DNA of 32,000 nucleotides. It comes from Candidatus Saccharimonadota bacterium (lineage in GTDB: Bacteria; Patescibacteriota; Gracilibacteria; UBA1369; 2-02-FULL-48-14). A program made the position numbers and the translations under genes. Under the pieces are notes generated by a model, which was given only the letters and a program-made list of their open reading frames with translations, did no database searches and had not been told where the DNA came from. Where the stretch lies: NCBI GenBank assembly GCA_965230905.1, contig OZ246396.1, positions 660,001 through 692,000 on the forward strand. The letters are read 5' to 3'. Positions 1-10,800 of this stretch are shown here, in pieces. How positions within the stretch are numbered: position 1 is the first letter of the stretch; each line of letters starts with the position of its first letter.

Positions 1-151
1 AAAATACCGAACTTTTTACAGCTCGGTTTCTAAGCACCAGGTGGTGCCGAAGTTTGAAACGAGGTGTCCCGTATGTACGAGGAAGATTCTAAAAGCAGAA
101 TCTTGCATTTTGTAATGCAGTATTTAAAGGAATTGAAGGGGCTTGTCAATA

Positions 152-511
152 TTAGAAGTTCATGGCTGAACTGAAGATGTTCCTCAAAAAGTGCAGAAAT
201 CCCTCCTCTTCGGGTTCAGGTTCTCCGGCGATGCTGTGATGAGGCTCCTCTTCTTTTTCGGAAGCCATGCTGATTCGCCCAAGTTTATGGATTCCTTCTT
301 TAAGTTCAGAGAATTCGCCCACTTCTTCAGCAATGTTCACGGCTGGATTCTCGATGTGAGGAACGTTTTCCTTAGACATCATGACTTCGCTGCTCCAAGC
401 AAGCAGGTCGAGTTTCTTGAGAGAAGGAACGTTCATTTCCTGACCGATTGCAGGTAGGCCCACAAAGGTGAACAGGGCGAGAGAGGCTAGGACGAGCTTC
501 CAGTTGAACAT
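152..511 (-). CDS. small secreted acidic protein, function unknown
   Basis: 119-aa ORF. The N-terminus MFNWKLVLASLALFTFVGLPAIGQE looks like a Sec signal peptide. The C-terminal half is Glu/Pro-rich. The antisense ORF 191..457 is judged a shadow. Confidence 0.5.
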   Translation of the reverse strand: MFNWKLVLASLALFTFVGLPAIGQEMNVPSLKKLDLLAWSSEVMMSKENVPHIENPAVNIAEEVGEFSELKEGIHKLGRISMASEKEEEPHHSIAGEPEPEEEGFLHFLRNIFSSAMNF

Positions 512-610
512 ATTTTTGTTTTTAAGTTCCCTTAATTATAAAACAATTTTCGTCATTTGGCAAGCTTGTAAAGGACGGAATGTGTGCAATAATGCTTTCT
601 TATTTAAATT

Positions 611-1576
611 ATGGCACTTGTTGATGTAAATCCAATGGGAAAGGTGGTGGACGTAAAGAGCCTTGGCCGGACAGCCCTAACTCTTGCTGCGTTTCAAAAA
701 TGTGTGGGTGGGCTTGAACTCATCGAGGATCGCGGTAGGGAAATAGATGTGAGGGTGGTTGGGCAGGAATTTAACCTGAGAGTTGAGCGAGTGATGGGTG
801 GAAATCAGTGGAATGTGCTCAATAATTTACGAGTTTTAAACGAGGCGGGTTTCCCCAGTTTGGAGGTGGAAGCCCACTTTGGGCTGGGAACTGAGGAGGC
901 GGTGGCCCGGAAATCCCTTTATTTGCCAGGTTGCTCTAAAATTGACCTCGAAACGCCAGAGGGTCCTGGGCAAGTTATTTTTGATAAGCGTCTCAAGGAA
1001 AAAAACATTGTCATCAGTTCGGCGCCGCATGGGGAGAGTGGTCAGGCGTGGTGGAGGGCGTGGGAGCGGTTTTTATTGGAAGACAAATCGTGTTCTTATT
1101 ATTGGAATCCGGCGCGTAAACAGTTGGATGGGGGAGTGCCGGGGGAAGTGAGACGGCGATTGCACGGCCGCGTAGCTATTTTCCAGGTGAATGAAAGGGA
1201 GGCACAGCAGTATTTGAATGCCTATGCATCCGGAGCACAGCTTAAGGATTTGCCGGAAGTGGTGGGGGCGGAGTGGACAGTGATCACCCGGGCTGAGAAG
1301 GGCATGCGCTTGTATGCGGGTGGAGAAGTGTATGAGGAAGAGGTGATTTCACCCGGAGTGGCTAAAGAAATTTTGGGTGCGCAGTTTTTGGAAAAACAGG
1401 ATGTGGGTTGTGGCGATGCCGGTTTTGCGGCTTTTATTGCGGCCAAAGAAGGTGGCCGAGCAATGAGCCCCCAGGAAGCGCTTCGTATGGCCAGCAATGT
1501 GAGTGGTATTCAATACAATCACGCAGGTTCCAACTTACGGAGCTTGAGAGGAGTGGATCTTTCATCTATAGTCTAG
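611..1576 (+). CDS. pfkB/ribokinase-family sugar or nucleoside kinase (divergent)
   Basis: 321-aa ORF with three pfkB-like motifs in the expected order: MGGNQWNVLNNLRVLNEAG (GG..N motif), VAIFQVNEREAQQYL (NE.EA motif) and DVGCGDAGFAAFIAA (the G.GD anion-hole motif near the C-terminus). The substrate cannot be inferred. Confidence 0.55.
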   Translation: MALVDVNPMGKVVDVKSLGRTALTLAAFQKCVGGLELIEDRGREIDVRVVGQEFNLRVERVMGGNQWNVLNNLRVLNEAGFPSLEVEAHFGLGTEEAVARKSLYLPGCSKIDLETPEGPGQVIFDKRLKEKNIVISSAPHGESGQAWWRAWERFLLEDKSCSYYWNPARKQLDGGVPGEVRRRLHGRVAIFQVNEREAQQYLNAYASGAQLKDLPEVVGAEWTVITRAEKGMRLYAGGEVYEEEVISPGVAKEILGAQFLEKQDVGCGDAGFAAFIAAKEGGRAMSPQEALRMASNVSGIQYNHAGSNLRSLRGVDLSSIV

Positions 1577-1591
1577 GCTTACTTTATTAGT

Positions 1592-2512
1592 ATGGGATTA
1601 CGAGAAGAATTTTCACGGCCACGAAACCACTATGTGCTTGCTTTTGCTGCTGGTGGTTTATTCGCCATGTGTAGGGATGAACCAAAAGAACCCAAGCCTG
1701 CTCCTGTAAAAATGCCGTCTTCTCCCCTTCCTAAAAAAATTAAACGAAATAGAGAAGAGGTGCGGGCACAGGTGGATGAATTGATGGAAGCTTTGGCAGA
1801 GGGAGGCGAACCGCGGGTGGTGTTTGGGGCCGACCCCAAAGGTGAGCTCTATGCCGTGGAACAGGGCTTGGCCGATTGTATTCAAACGGAAGAAAATACC
1901 TGTTATTTAAGCGCTGATTTTAGGCGTCGGTTTGGTACCAACTTAATGTGTTTCGCTAATGATTGGGGCGGAGATGCTCTTGAGATAAGTTTTGGTGGAT
2001 CTGCTCCGGATGGAATGAGCACGGTGGTTCGCATACCTGATGGTGAACGAATGGAGTATGAACAATCTCCCCACCCCGCCATTGACTCTGTGGCGGCTGG
2101 AGATTTTTATACGGATATTTGTAGAGATGTTTTGGAACTTTTGCAAAAAGAACCTCCTGTGAATCCTTGTATAGAAAGGCCGGATTCCTTTGAATGTTTT
2201 GATGTGGAACACAGCGCCGATTGGGCCTTTGACTTTGCCCCCACGGTTAAGGATACTTTTGCACTTTTGAGTGAAAATGGCTTTGAAATGAAAGATGGGG
2301 GAATGAATTTTTTTAGTATCGGGTTTGAAGCTTTGGATGGAACGCGCAAGTCACAAACTTTTTTTCCAAAACCTGCCCATTGCTTTGAAGAATACGATCT
2401 GATTCCTTGTTGGAAATTCGAACTCCAGTTTGGGGGCGAATACACCACCGACGAACTTTTGGAGAAATCTTTTGAGATGCAGGAAACTTTGGATGAGGAG
2501 GGAGAACTTTAG
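1592..2512 (+). CDS. hypothetical acidic protein
   Basis: 306-aa ORF starting 15 nt after the kinase stop, so probably the same operon. It has a short hydrophobic N-terminal segment (HYVLAFAAGGLFAMC) followed by a Lys/Pro-rich linker and ends in an acidic tail. No motif recognised. Confidence 0.55.
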   Translation: MGLREEFSRPRNHYVLAFAAGGLFAMCRDEPKEPKPAPVKMPSSPLPKKIKRNREEVRAQVDELMEALAEGGEPRVVFGADPKGELYAVEQGLADCIQTEENTCYLSADFRRRFGTNLMCFANDWGGDALEISFGGSAPDGMSTVVRIPDGERMEYEQSPHPAIDSVAAGDFYTDICRDVLELLQKEPPVNPCIERPDSFECFDVEHSADWAFDFAPTVKDTFALLSENGFEMKDGGMNFFSIGFEALDGTRKSQTFFPKPAHCFEEYDLIPCWKFELQFGGEYTTDELLEKSFEMQETLDEEGEL

Positions 2513-2525
2513 TTGGAACTAAAAA

Positions 2526-2547
2526 GGCCCGCACTTGTGCGGGCCTT
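2526..2547. terminator. bidirectional rho-independent terminator (serves ORF 1592..2512 and tuf)
   Basis: GGCCCGCAC-TTGT-GTGCGGGCC, a perfect 9-bp GC-rich stem. AAAAA lies on the left and TTTT on the right, so a U-tract follows the hairpin on either strand. It sits between two convergent stop codons. Confidence 0.8.
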
Positions 2548-2571
2548 TTCTTGTTTCTAATTGGTCGAGTA

Positions 2572-3762
<1,191 letters not shown>

Positions 3763-3807
3763 ATCGTTATGGTGATAAAAAAATAAATGGCTATTTGAAG
3801 CGAGGGC

Positions 3808-3836
3808 ATTGTAGTAGATGCAAAAGCCTTATGCAA
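3808..3836 (-). promoter_or_regulatory. sigma70-like promoter for tuf
   Basis: The minus strand reads TTGCAT-N17-TACAAT. The -10 ends 45 nt upstream of the tuf ATG. Confidence 0.55.
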
Positions 3837-3884
3837 GCTGAAATCCAGGGTGTTCTAATTACAAGGTTTGGATTGAATGAAAGC

Positions 3885-4907
3885 CTATTCTCCTTTCGGA
3901 AAAGCTAGAATCATTTTAAGTGGGTAGATCCCAACGTCAGTATCATGGGAGCAAAGCCTTGCTTCAGGATTCGTCCATTCAGCTTCTGGAACAGAATCCC
4001 ACCGATACCATTGTGGACCGATTTTAAGCGCCACTCCATATCTGTCTGAATCAGTGAGTATTCGAGGGATATCAGAGGAGCCTAGTAGTACCACCTTATT
4101 TTCACTCAATAGTCTCTCGATAGTTTGTTTTGTTTCAAGCCCTTGCATGTCTTCCACTGGGATGGCTTCAAATTCTCCTGTTTTCATGCCTCGAAGAACA
4201 TCTGCGTTAATCCCTTTCGGTCCTGTAAGTGTATACTTGCGGGCGATCTCTGTGACAATGTCTTTTACTGCTTTAGCTTTATCACCGTAGAGGCTTTGAA
4301 CACTTGCTTCGTCTACTAAATCTCCGAAAGCACCACTCACCTCTATTTGTATACTCCACGCCTGCTGATTGCTCTCTTGAGTTTGTTTGAATTGCTCGTG
4401 CCTAGAGGAGAGAGCTTTTTTAAATTCGGGACTTGCTAGAAATTGATCAAGCGTTACTTCGCTAGATGGAAGGCAGAGGTCCCTTTCACCCTGTCTTAAG
4501 TTTATATCGTATAACCACACATGCCGATCATCTGCTTCCTCAAAGTGAAGAATTGGACTAGTGGATAAAATGCGCTCCAAAGTTTTTGCCCAGGCTTCTT
4601 CGGAAAACTCCTTAGGATTTTCTGATGATTCAGCGTCTTTACCTTGGACACACGTGAGTTCTATACCAAGGACTGAAAGTAAGCCGCTGTAATGTGCGCA
4701 CAGTTCTGTGACGCTTTCTGTTGGAGTCCCTTCACGACAATTTAATTGTATAGCTTTTTGATCGACTGGCGCAGGTCCACCCTTTAATAAGCGAGCAAGG
4801 CGCTCGTTTATAGTCGTATATAATAAGTTTAAAGCTCTGTGAGTGACTGGGGCGGAAGCAATGTTTGTTGGTAAGGTTAATCTATTTTTTAATCTTTCGC
4901 TCCCCAT
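3885..4907 (-). CDS. hypothetical protein (orphan inserted between fusA and tuf)
   Basis: 340-aa ORF with no signal peptide or TM segment and no recognisable motif. It is bracketed by its own promoter-like element and the fusA terminator. Confidence 0.6.
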   Translation of the reverse strand: MGSERLKNRLTLPTNIASAPVTHRALNLLYTTINERLARLLKGGPAPVDQKAIQLNCREGTPTESVTELCAHYSGLLSVLGIELTCVQGKDAESSENPKEFSEEAWAKTLERILSTSPILHFEEADDRHVWLYDINLRQGERDLCLPSSEVTLDQFLASPEFKKALSSRHEQFKQTQESNQQAWSIQIEVSGAFGDLVDEASVQSLYGDKAKAVKDIVTEIARKYTLTGPKGINADVLRGMKTGEFEAIPVEDMQGLETKQTIERLLSENKVVLLGSSDIPRILTDSDRYGVALKIGPQWYRWDSVPEAEWTNPEARLCSHDTDVGIYPLKMILAFPKGE

Positions 4908-4933
4908 AGTAGAAATTTTAAAAATAAGAACCC

Positions 4934-4961
4934 ATAATAGGACTTATAGGGGTTTCGTCAA
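4934..4961 (-). promoter_or_regulatory. sigma70-like promoter for ORF 3885..4907
   Basis: The minus strand reads TTGACG-N16-TATTAT, about 26 nt upstream of the ATG at 4907. Confidence 0.45.
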
Positions 4962-4997
4962 GATTCTAGGTCGGATGTTTTAAGCGAGTACAAAAAA

Positions 4998-5015
4998 AGA
5001 GACCCTGGGGTCTCT
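4998..5015. terminator. rho-independent terminator downstream of fusA
   Basis: AGAGACC-CCTG/CCAG-GGTCTCT, a 7-bp stem. An A7 run precedes it and a T6 run follows on the plus strand, so on the minus strand a T7 run follows the hairpin. It lies about 20 nt after the fusA stop. Confidence 0.7.
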
Positions 5016-5034
5016 TTTTTATTTGGCAAATAAT

Positions 5035-7122
5035 TTACGCCTTCACTCCGCGGTCGGCCTTGATCTTTAGGGCAACGTTGCTTGGCACTTCAGCGTAGTG
5101 GCTGAATTCCATTGCGTAGTTACCACGTCCTTGTGTCATGGAACGGAGATCGGTTGCGTATCCGAACATCTCAGAAAGAGGAACGGTACATCGAACCACC
5201 TTGGCCATACCACGGTTGGTGCTTTCCACAATTTGTCCACGACGAGATGAGATGTTTCCCATAACGTCTCCAAAGTAATCTTCGGCAACGGTTACTTCCA
5301 CTTTCATGATTGGCTCGAGAAGCACTGGGCTAGCGGCGCTGCAACCTTTTTTGAAGGCCATAGAACCGGCGAGCTTAAACGCCATTTCGGAGGAATCCAC
5401 ATCGTGGTAAGAACCATCGGTGAGTTCAACCTTAACGTCCACTACTGGGTAACCGGCCACCACTCCACGGGAGAGGGCTTCCTTAATACCTTTATCAACA
5501 GCTGGGATGAATTCACGAGGAATACGTCCTCCCACCACTGAGTTGATGAACTCGTATCCTTTTCCTGGTTCGTTGGGTCCAACGGTCATGATTACGTGTC
5601 CGTATTGTCCACGTCCTCCTGTTTGCTTGGAGTATTTTTCTTCACATTCTACTTCCTTCTTGATGGTTTCACGGTAAGCCACTTGAGGTGCACCTACGTT
5701 AGCCTCTACCTTGAACTCTCGTTTCATACGATCCACGATGATGTCCAAGTGAAGTTCTCCCATTCCGGCGATAAGGGTCTGGCCGGTTTCATCGGAAGTA
5801 GATACACGGAACGTAGGATCTTCTTCGGAAAGTTTTTGGAGAGCCATACCCATTTTTTCTTGGTCGGCCTTGGTCTTAGGTTCAATTGCGATTTGGATAA
5901 CCGGTTCAGGGAAGGTCATGGATTCCAAAGTGATTGGATGATCCGGATCCGTGAGGGTGTTTCCGGTGAAGGTGTTCTTAAGACCAATGGCAGCGGCAAT
6001 GTCTCCGGCGTGCACGGTCTTGATTTCTTCACGGTCGGCAGCGTGCATACGAACGAGACGTCCGATACGTTCCTTGTCACCGGTTGCAGTGTTGAGAACG
6101 TAGGAACCTGCATCGAGCTTCCCTGAGTAAACACGGAAGAAGCAGAGTTTTCCTACGAATGGATCGGTAGCAATCTTGAAGGCGAGCGCCGCGAAAGGTT
6201 GATCGTCGTCGAGCGTACGAATTTCTTCGGCATCGGTGTCTGGGTTGATACCTTTAATAGATCCCACATCCATTGGAGAAGGGAGGTAATCACGAACTCC
6301 ATCAATAACGAGCTGAACTCCCATGTCGCGGAGCGCAGATCCACAGAATACTGGGTAAATTTTTCCAGCAACGGTTCCCTTTCGGATACCACGCTTGATT
6401 TCGTCGATGGTGAGTTCGGTTCCTTCGAGGTATTTGTTCATGAGGTCGTCTTCTTGTTCCGCAGCGGCTTCAACCACCTTAGCGCGGTATTCTTCCACTT
6501 GCGCGTTCATGTCTTCTGGAATGGGGATTTCAATTTGAACTTCTCCGTGTTTTCCTTCAAAGCGGTAAGCTTTTCGTTCCACGAGATCGATGATTCCGCT
6601 GAAAGAAGAATCTTGTCCGATAGGGAGTTGAATAGCGAAAGCGTTCTTAGCCAAACGGTCCCAAATGGACTTAATGGACATGTAGAAGTCGGCTCCGATT
6701 TTGTCCATCTTGTTCACGAAGGCGATACGAGGTACTTCGTATTTATCTGCCTGACGCCATACGGTTTCAGACTGAGGTTCCACTCCTTGTGATCCGTCGA
6801 ATACGGCAACGGCTCCGTCGAGTACACGCATAGAACGTTCTACTTCCACGGTGAAATCCACGTGACCTGGAGTGTCGATGATGTTGATCTTAATATCTTT
6901 CCAGTAACAAGTCGTTGCAGCGGCCGTAATTGTAATTCCACGTTCCTGTTCTTGTTCCATCCAGTCCATGGTTGCGGCTCCTTCGTGCACTTCTCCAATC
7001 TTGTGGCTGCGTCCTGTGTAAAAAAGAATACGTTCGGTTGTGGTCGTTTTTCCGGCATCGATGTGCGCGCAAATTCCAATGTTACGTAGATGAGCTAGGT
7101 CGGTCTGGATAGGTTCTGCCAT
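5035..7122 (-). CDS. fusA: translation elongation factor G
   Basis: 695 aa with [17 protein letters not shown] and NKMDK GTPase motifs. EF-G domain order and length are normal. Confidence 0.98.
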   Translation of the reverse strand: MAEPIQTDLAHLRNIGICAHIDAGKTTTTERILFYTGRSHKIGEVHEGAATMDWMEQEQERGITITAAATTCYWKDIKINIIDTPGHVDFTVEVERSMRVLDGAVAVFDGSQGVEPQSETVWRQADKYEVPRIAFVNKMDKIGADFYMSIKSIWDRLAKNAFAIQLPIGQDSSFSGIIDLVERKAYRFEGKHGEVQIEIPIPEDMNAQVEEYRAKVVEAAAEQEDDLMNKYLEGTELTIDEIKRGIRKGTVAGKIYPVFCGSALRDMGVQLVIDGVRDYLPSPMDVGSIKGINPDTDAEEIRTLDDDQPFAALAFKIATDPFVGKLCFFRVYSGKLDAGSYVLNTATGDKERIGRLVRMHAADREEIKTVHAGDIAAAIGLKNTFTGNTLTDPDHPITLESMTFPEPVIQIAIEPKTKADQEKMGMALQKLSEEDPTFRVSTSDETGQTLIAGMGELHLDIIVDRMKREFKVEANVGAPQVAYRETIKKEVECEEKYSKQTGGRGQYGHVIMTVGPNEPGKGYEFINSVVGGRIPREFIPAVDKGIKEALSRGVVAGYPVVDVKVELTDGSYHDVDSSEMAFKLAGSMAFKKGCSAASPVLLEPIMKVEVTVAEDYFGDVMGNISSRRGQIVESTNRGMAKVVRCTVPLSEMFGYATDLRSMTQGRGNYAMEFSHYAEVPSNVALKIKADRGVKA

Positions 7123-7158
7123 AAAATCTGTTAAATGTGAGTTAAAAAAAGCTTTGGC

Positions 7159-7186
7159 ATTATAAGGAAGCCAAGAGAGAAGTCAA
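7159..7186 (-). promoter_or_regulatory. sigma70-like promoter for fusA
   Basis: The minus strand reads TTGACT-N16-TATAAT, near consensus. The -10 ends 36 nt upstream of the fusA ATG. Confidence 0.6.
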
Positions 7187-7214
7187 CGGCAAGCCTTTTA
7201 CGCAATGATCGCGA

Positions 7215-7589
7215 CTACTTTTTCGCGAAGTAGTTTACGTTTGGTAGATCTTTGAAATCAGCATCTTGAGTCCAGAGAGTGGCACCATAGAGGAGGGCAG
7301 TGGCATAGATGATGGAGTCGGCCATACCCAAGCTTTCTCCTAGACTTATTTTGCTCCCTAGTACTGCTGTCCATTCATCAAGTTCAAGAACTTTTCCCAA
7401 CTGCATTTGTTCCATTGCTGTTACTGCTGCTGTTTGTCCGCGTTCTTTCATTACTTTTTTGAACACTTCATAAATGTTTATTGTAGGTACAAGCAAGTTA
7501 TCAATATCTTCAATTGCTTCCGAAAAAAGGTCAGCTCGCTCTGTGTCAGCGAAGTATTCGAGCCAACCTGAAGAATCCACTATATTCAT
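7215..7589 (-). CDS. vapC: type II toxin, PIN-domain ribonuclease VapC
   Basis: 124 aa. The N-terminus MNIVDSSGWLEYF carries the first PIN acidic residue, with later conserved acidic positions (E in INIYEV, D in TQDADF). There is a 4-bp ATGA overlap with the upstream antitoxin gene. Confidence 0.85.
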   Translation of the reverse strand: MNIVDSSGWLEYFADTERADLFSEAIEDIDNLLVPTINIYEVFKKVMKERGQTAAVTAMEQMQLGKVLELDEWTAVLGSKISLGESLGMADSIIYATALLYGATLWTQDADFKDLPNVNYFAKK

Positions 7590-7804
7590 AATTCTCGGTC
7601 TGGTTCACGGACTATGGTGGGATCCATCCCCTTGAGAAACCCTCTTAATTCCCGAATATTTTTTACTTTTACTGGGAATAGTTTGATGGAACCGTCCATT
7701 TCAATAGTAGTGGCGAATTTAGTTCCAGGCTTCCATCGCAAGAGGGTGCGCAATTCTTTTGGGATGACTATTTGATATTTTGGCGAGAGAGTCATGATAT
7801 TCAT
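7586..7804 (-). CDS. vapB: type II antitoxin, AbrB/MazE/SpoVT-fold VapB
   Basis: 72 aa. KYQIVIPKELRTLLRWKPGTKF is a typical SpoVT/AbrB swapped-hairpin motif. It is translationally coupled to vapC. Confidence 0.8.
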   Translation of the reverse strand: MNIMTLSPKYQIVIPKELRTLLRWKPGTKFATTIEMDGSIKLFPVKVKNIRELRGFLKGMDPTIVREPDREL

Positions 7805-7836
7805 ACGTTTTTGTGATCGATCGAATAAACGTAAAA

Positions 7837-7865
7837 ATTATAGGCTAAAAAGCGAAATAAAGCAA
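7837..7865 (-). promoter_or_regulatory. sigma70-like promoter for vapBC
   Basis: The minus strand reads TTGCTT-N17-TATAAT, 32 nt upstream of the vapB ATG. Confidence 0.5.
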
Positions 7866-7879
7866 GTGCACACAAGGCC

Positions 7880-10800
7880 TTATTCTTCCGCAATAACCAC
7901 GTCTGGATTTTGAGATAAAAGGCTTATCTTTAAAAATTCTGCGTAACTTACGGCACTGTCTGGTTTGAAGCTGCCGTCTTCATAACCTTTTATAACTCCC
8001 TTTGAGTAGGCGTGGAGTAGGTAAGGGGCGTACCATTCATTCAAGTCTACATCGTTGAAGGGATTTTCATCGAGATCATATAAGGAAAGTAGTTCCTCGT
8101 CTTGAAGGTTTGTGTCCACTGTTTCGTTGAAGAAACGAGCCACGATCTTTAGAGCTTCGGCACGGGAAATGGTTTGAGTGGGGCGGAAGGTGCGGTCGGG
8201 GTAACCGTTGATGAGGCCTTGCTGGTAGGCATAGTCGATATAAGCGGAGCGTTCGTACGTGGGGGGCACGTCTGTGAAAATGCTTTGGGTCTCATCGCTA
8301 AGGGTTACGTCGCTCACTTCATAGGATGAGAGGGACATTAAAAATTCCAATGATTCGCCGCGATTGATGGCTCCATTGGGACTCACGAAAATTTCTACGA
8401 GTATGCTTAGCAAGGTTGGAGCGCTTGTAGCCGTGTTTGCTACTTTTTGTTCTAATTGCAGGTGCTTTAAATAGCCACTGGACCAGTGCACGGGAAGTGG
8501 GTAAGCAAAGTTTTTCCAAAAACTTTCTAAGTTGATAGATGCTTGCTCGGGCGTTGGAGTTGTGGTGACGGTGCTTTCGGTTTCGGTGCTGGTGTTTAGG
8601 GAGATTTCCGTGGATGAGGGCGTTTCGACGGTGCTGTTGGAAGAAGTGTTGTTTCCGTGGTTTTGTGTGAAACTAGCGGCGATGAAAAGGAGAGGAGAGC
8701 TTGTGATATTACCAAAATCATCGATGGTAAAAATTTTAAAATATTTCCAACGGGGGTCACGGCCGTCAATGCGCACCGTGTTTGTGCTTGCTAGGCTTAG
8801 AGCTGCATCGTTGGCAGGTCCCCAGCTTTCTCCCGTTAGGCTGTTCATCTCGGCTGAAGCTTCCCCTTCACCGTGCCAGATTTCGTAGTGCTTGAAGTTG
8901 GAATCTGAAGCGGGTAGCCATGTCAGAATGATGTGGTTGTCGGAAAAATCCATATGATTAAAATTGGTCACGGCGCTTGGTGGAAGGAAGTCTAAGACGA
9001 ATTCGTCGCTCACAATCGTGACCCCGGATTCAGTGCCGTCGTTGGGTGTGATTCGAATTTGTGCATGCGCCGCGTCGGCAGGAAGATCGAGCCGGGCGTT
9101 CCAGTTGAGTAGGGCGGAGCTAGGTCCGCTAGTCGTGCTGAAATTGGTTTGACCGGCGAGGGTTGGACTTGCCCAGGTGTCTCCGCCGTCTGTGCTGTAT
9201 TCGATTTGTGTTTCTACCGCGTCTTGGTCTGTGTCCTCTACGACGAAACTTATTGAAGCTAAACCTGTTCCGTCGGTGCTTTGCTGGGCAGTCAGTTCGC
9301 TAAGAACCGGAGCCACGTTGAAGACCCAGTGCACATTGTTGCCGGAGTTGAGGCTGCTGACTTGTTGAATGGGATTTCCGCCGCTCGCGTTGGAATCGGA
9401 CACATCTACGTACGAGACATTTTGGCTGCCGGTTGAAATTAAATACCAAGGCATGCCGGATTCACTTGATTGAAGCAGCAGAGGGTTCTCGAGGCTACCT
9501 GTTAAGTTTAGCTGCCCGCTCACGGTCTGGGTGCTGCCGGCCGTGAAGGCCAAAAATTTACCGGGATTTATGGAATTCAAATGGTTGAAGTGGTTGTCGC
9601 CGGATATCACGGACGGTGTGCTGGAGGCAAAGCTGACCGTGCCGTTGTTGTGTGAAAAAGTTCCACCGCTTCGATTCCAGTCCTCGTAAATACTCAAGTT
9701 TGCTGTGGGTGCGCTTAAAGTGCCTGAGTTCAACGTGAGGTCACCCGTGATTACCACGTTTGCATTGCCTCCCGTGAAGGTGCCTCCGTTTAGGGTGAGT
9801 GCGGAAGCATGGATGCTAAAAGCGTTTTGTTTGAACTCACCACTTTCAATGGTGAGACTGTTCTCAATATTCAAAATAGCCGAGAGAGCGAAGCTGTCTT
9901 TGGCGGAATTTTGGTCATTGATTTTTAAATCGAAGTAATCGGTTCCGGCGCCAAAGTCGGTAATGGTGAAGCTCTCGGTAAGAAGGTCTCCGTCGCCACT
10001 GTATTCAACCGTTCCGCTGCTCGTGTCCATAAGCCCCGTAAAGGTTTCTGCGCCCAGCCGCCTTAAGGTTCCTTCGTTTGAGAAAGTTCCCGTGACGGAA
10101 AGATTGAATCCATTTTGCGAAAATATTCCTGAAAGAATGGTGAGATTTCCTGCAATGGTTTTGCTGGCGGGAAGATTGAAGAGCGAGTTGGAGTCGCTGC
10201 TTATGATGAGGTTTTGGTAGCTGTAATTCTTGAGCGTGTAGGGGCCGGCTGTACCTTCGTAAAGCACGGTGGATCCAGCTTGAAGAGAGGGGTAGTTGGT
10301 GTTTGCGGTTAAAGTCTCATTGCCGTTCAATTCAAGTATTCCTGTGCTTTGAACGATCAAAGTGCCGGAACTTCCGTTAACGCTTAAATTGTTTCCGTTG
10401 AGCGCGAACGAGCCATTTTGTATTTTTAGATCTTGGCTGCTGGCGTTGAGCACAAGTGCTTGGCTTAGTTCCACGGATCCGCCGAGTTTATTTATGGTGA
10501 GGTCGCCGTCTATATTGTTTACCGCGGTGCTCAGCATTTGGGTGCCTGTTCCGCTGAGCGTGAGTGGCACATTCATTGCATCGGCATCAGCGCCCAGCGT
10601 TAAATTTCCATTCAATTGAATGGAAGCCGTGCTGCCGGAAAGCAGGCCATTTATTATGGTGAGGTCGCTAAAAATCGTCCATGCATCCAGGGCTCCGATG
10701 GTTTTCGTTCCCGTGCTGTTGATGCGTAGTTTGTAAAAACTTTCAGTGTTGGGTACATCAATCGTCGCTCCTGCTCCATTGAATTCCACGGTTCCATTGT

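Noticed and set aside
32-43. The 12-mer AAGCACCAGGTG near the left edge recurs as its reverse complement at 31979..31990 near the right edge. This could look like terminal inverted repeats of a 32-kb element.
   Set aside because: I estimate that a 32-kb window yields tens of 12-nt inverted matches by chance. The match does not extend, and the window content (core housekeeping genes) is not a mobile element.
7866-7872. GTGCACA half-site next to the vapBC -35, resembling half of the 16363..16382 palindrome.
   Set aside because: It is only a 7-nt half-site with no partner half. GTGCAC hexamers also occur several times inside coding regions (for example in fusA, rpoC and rpoB), so this is within chance expectation.
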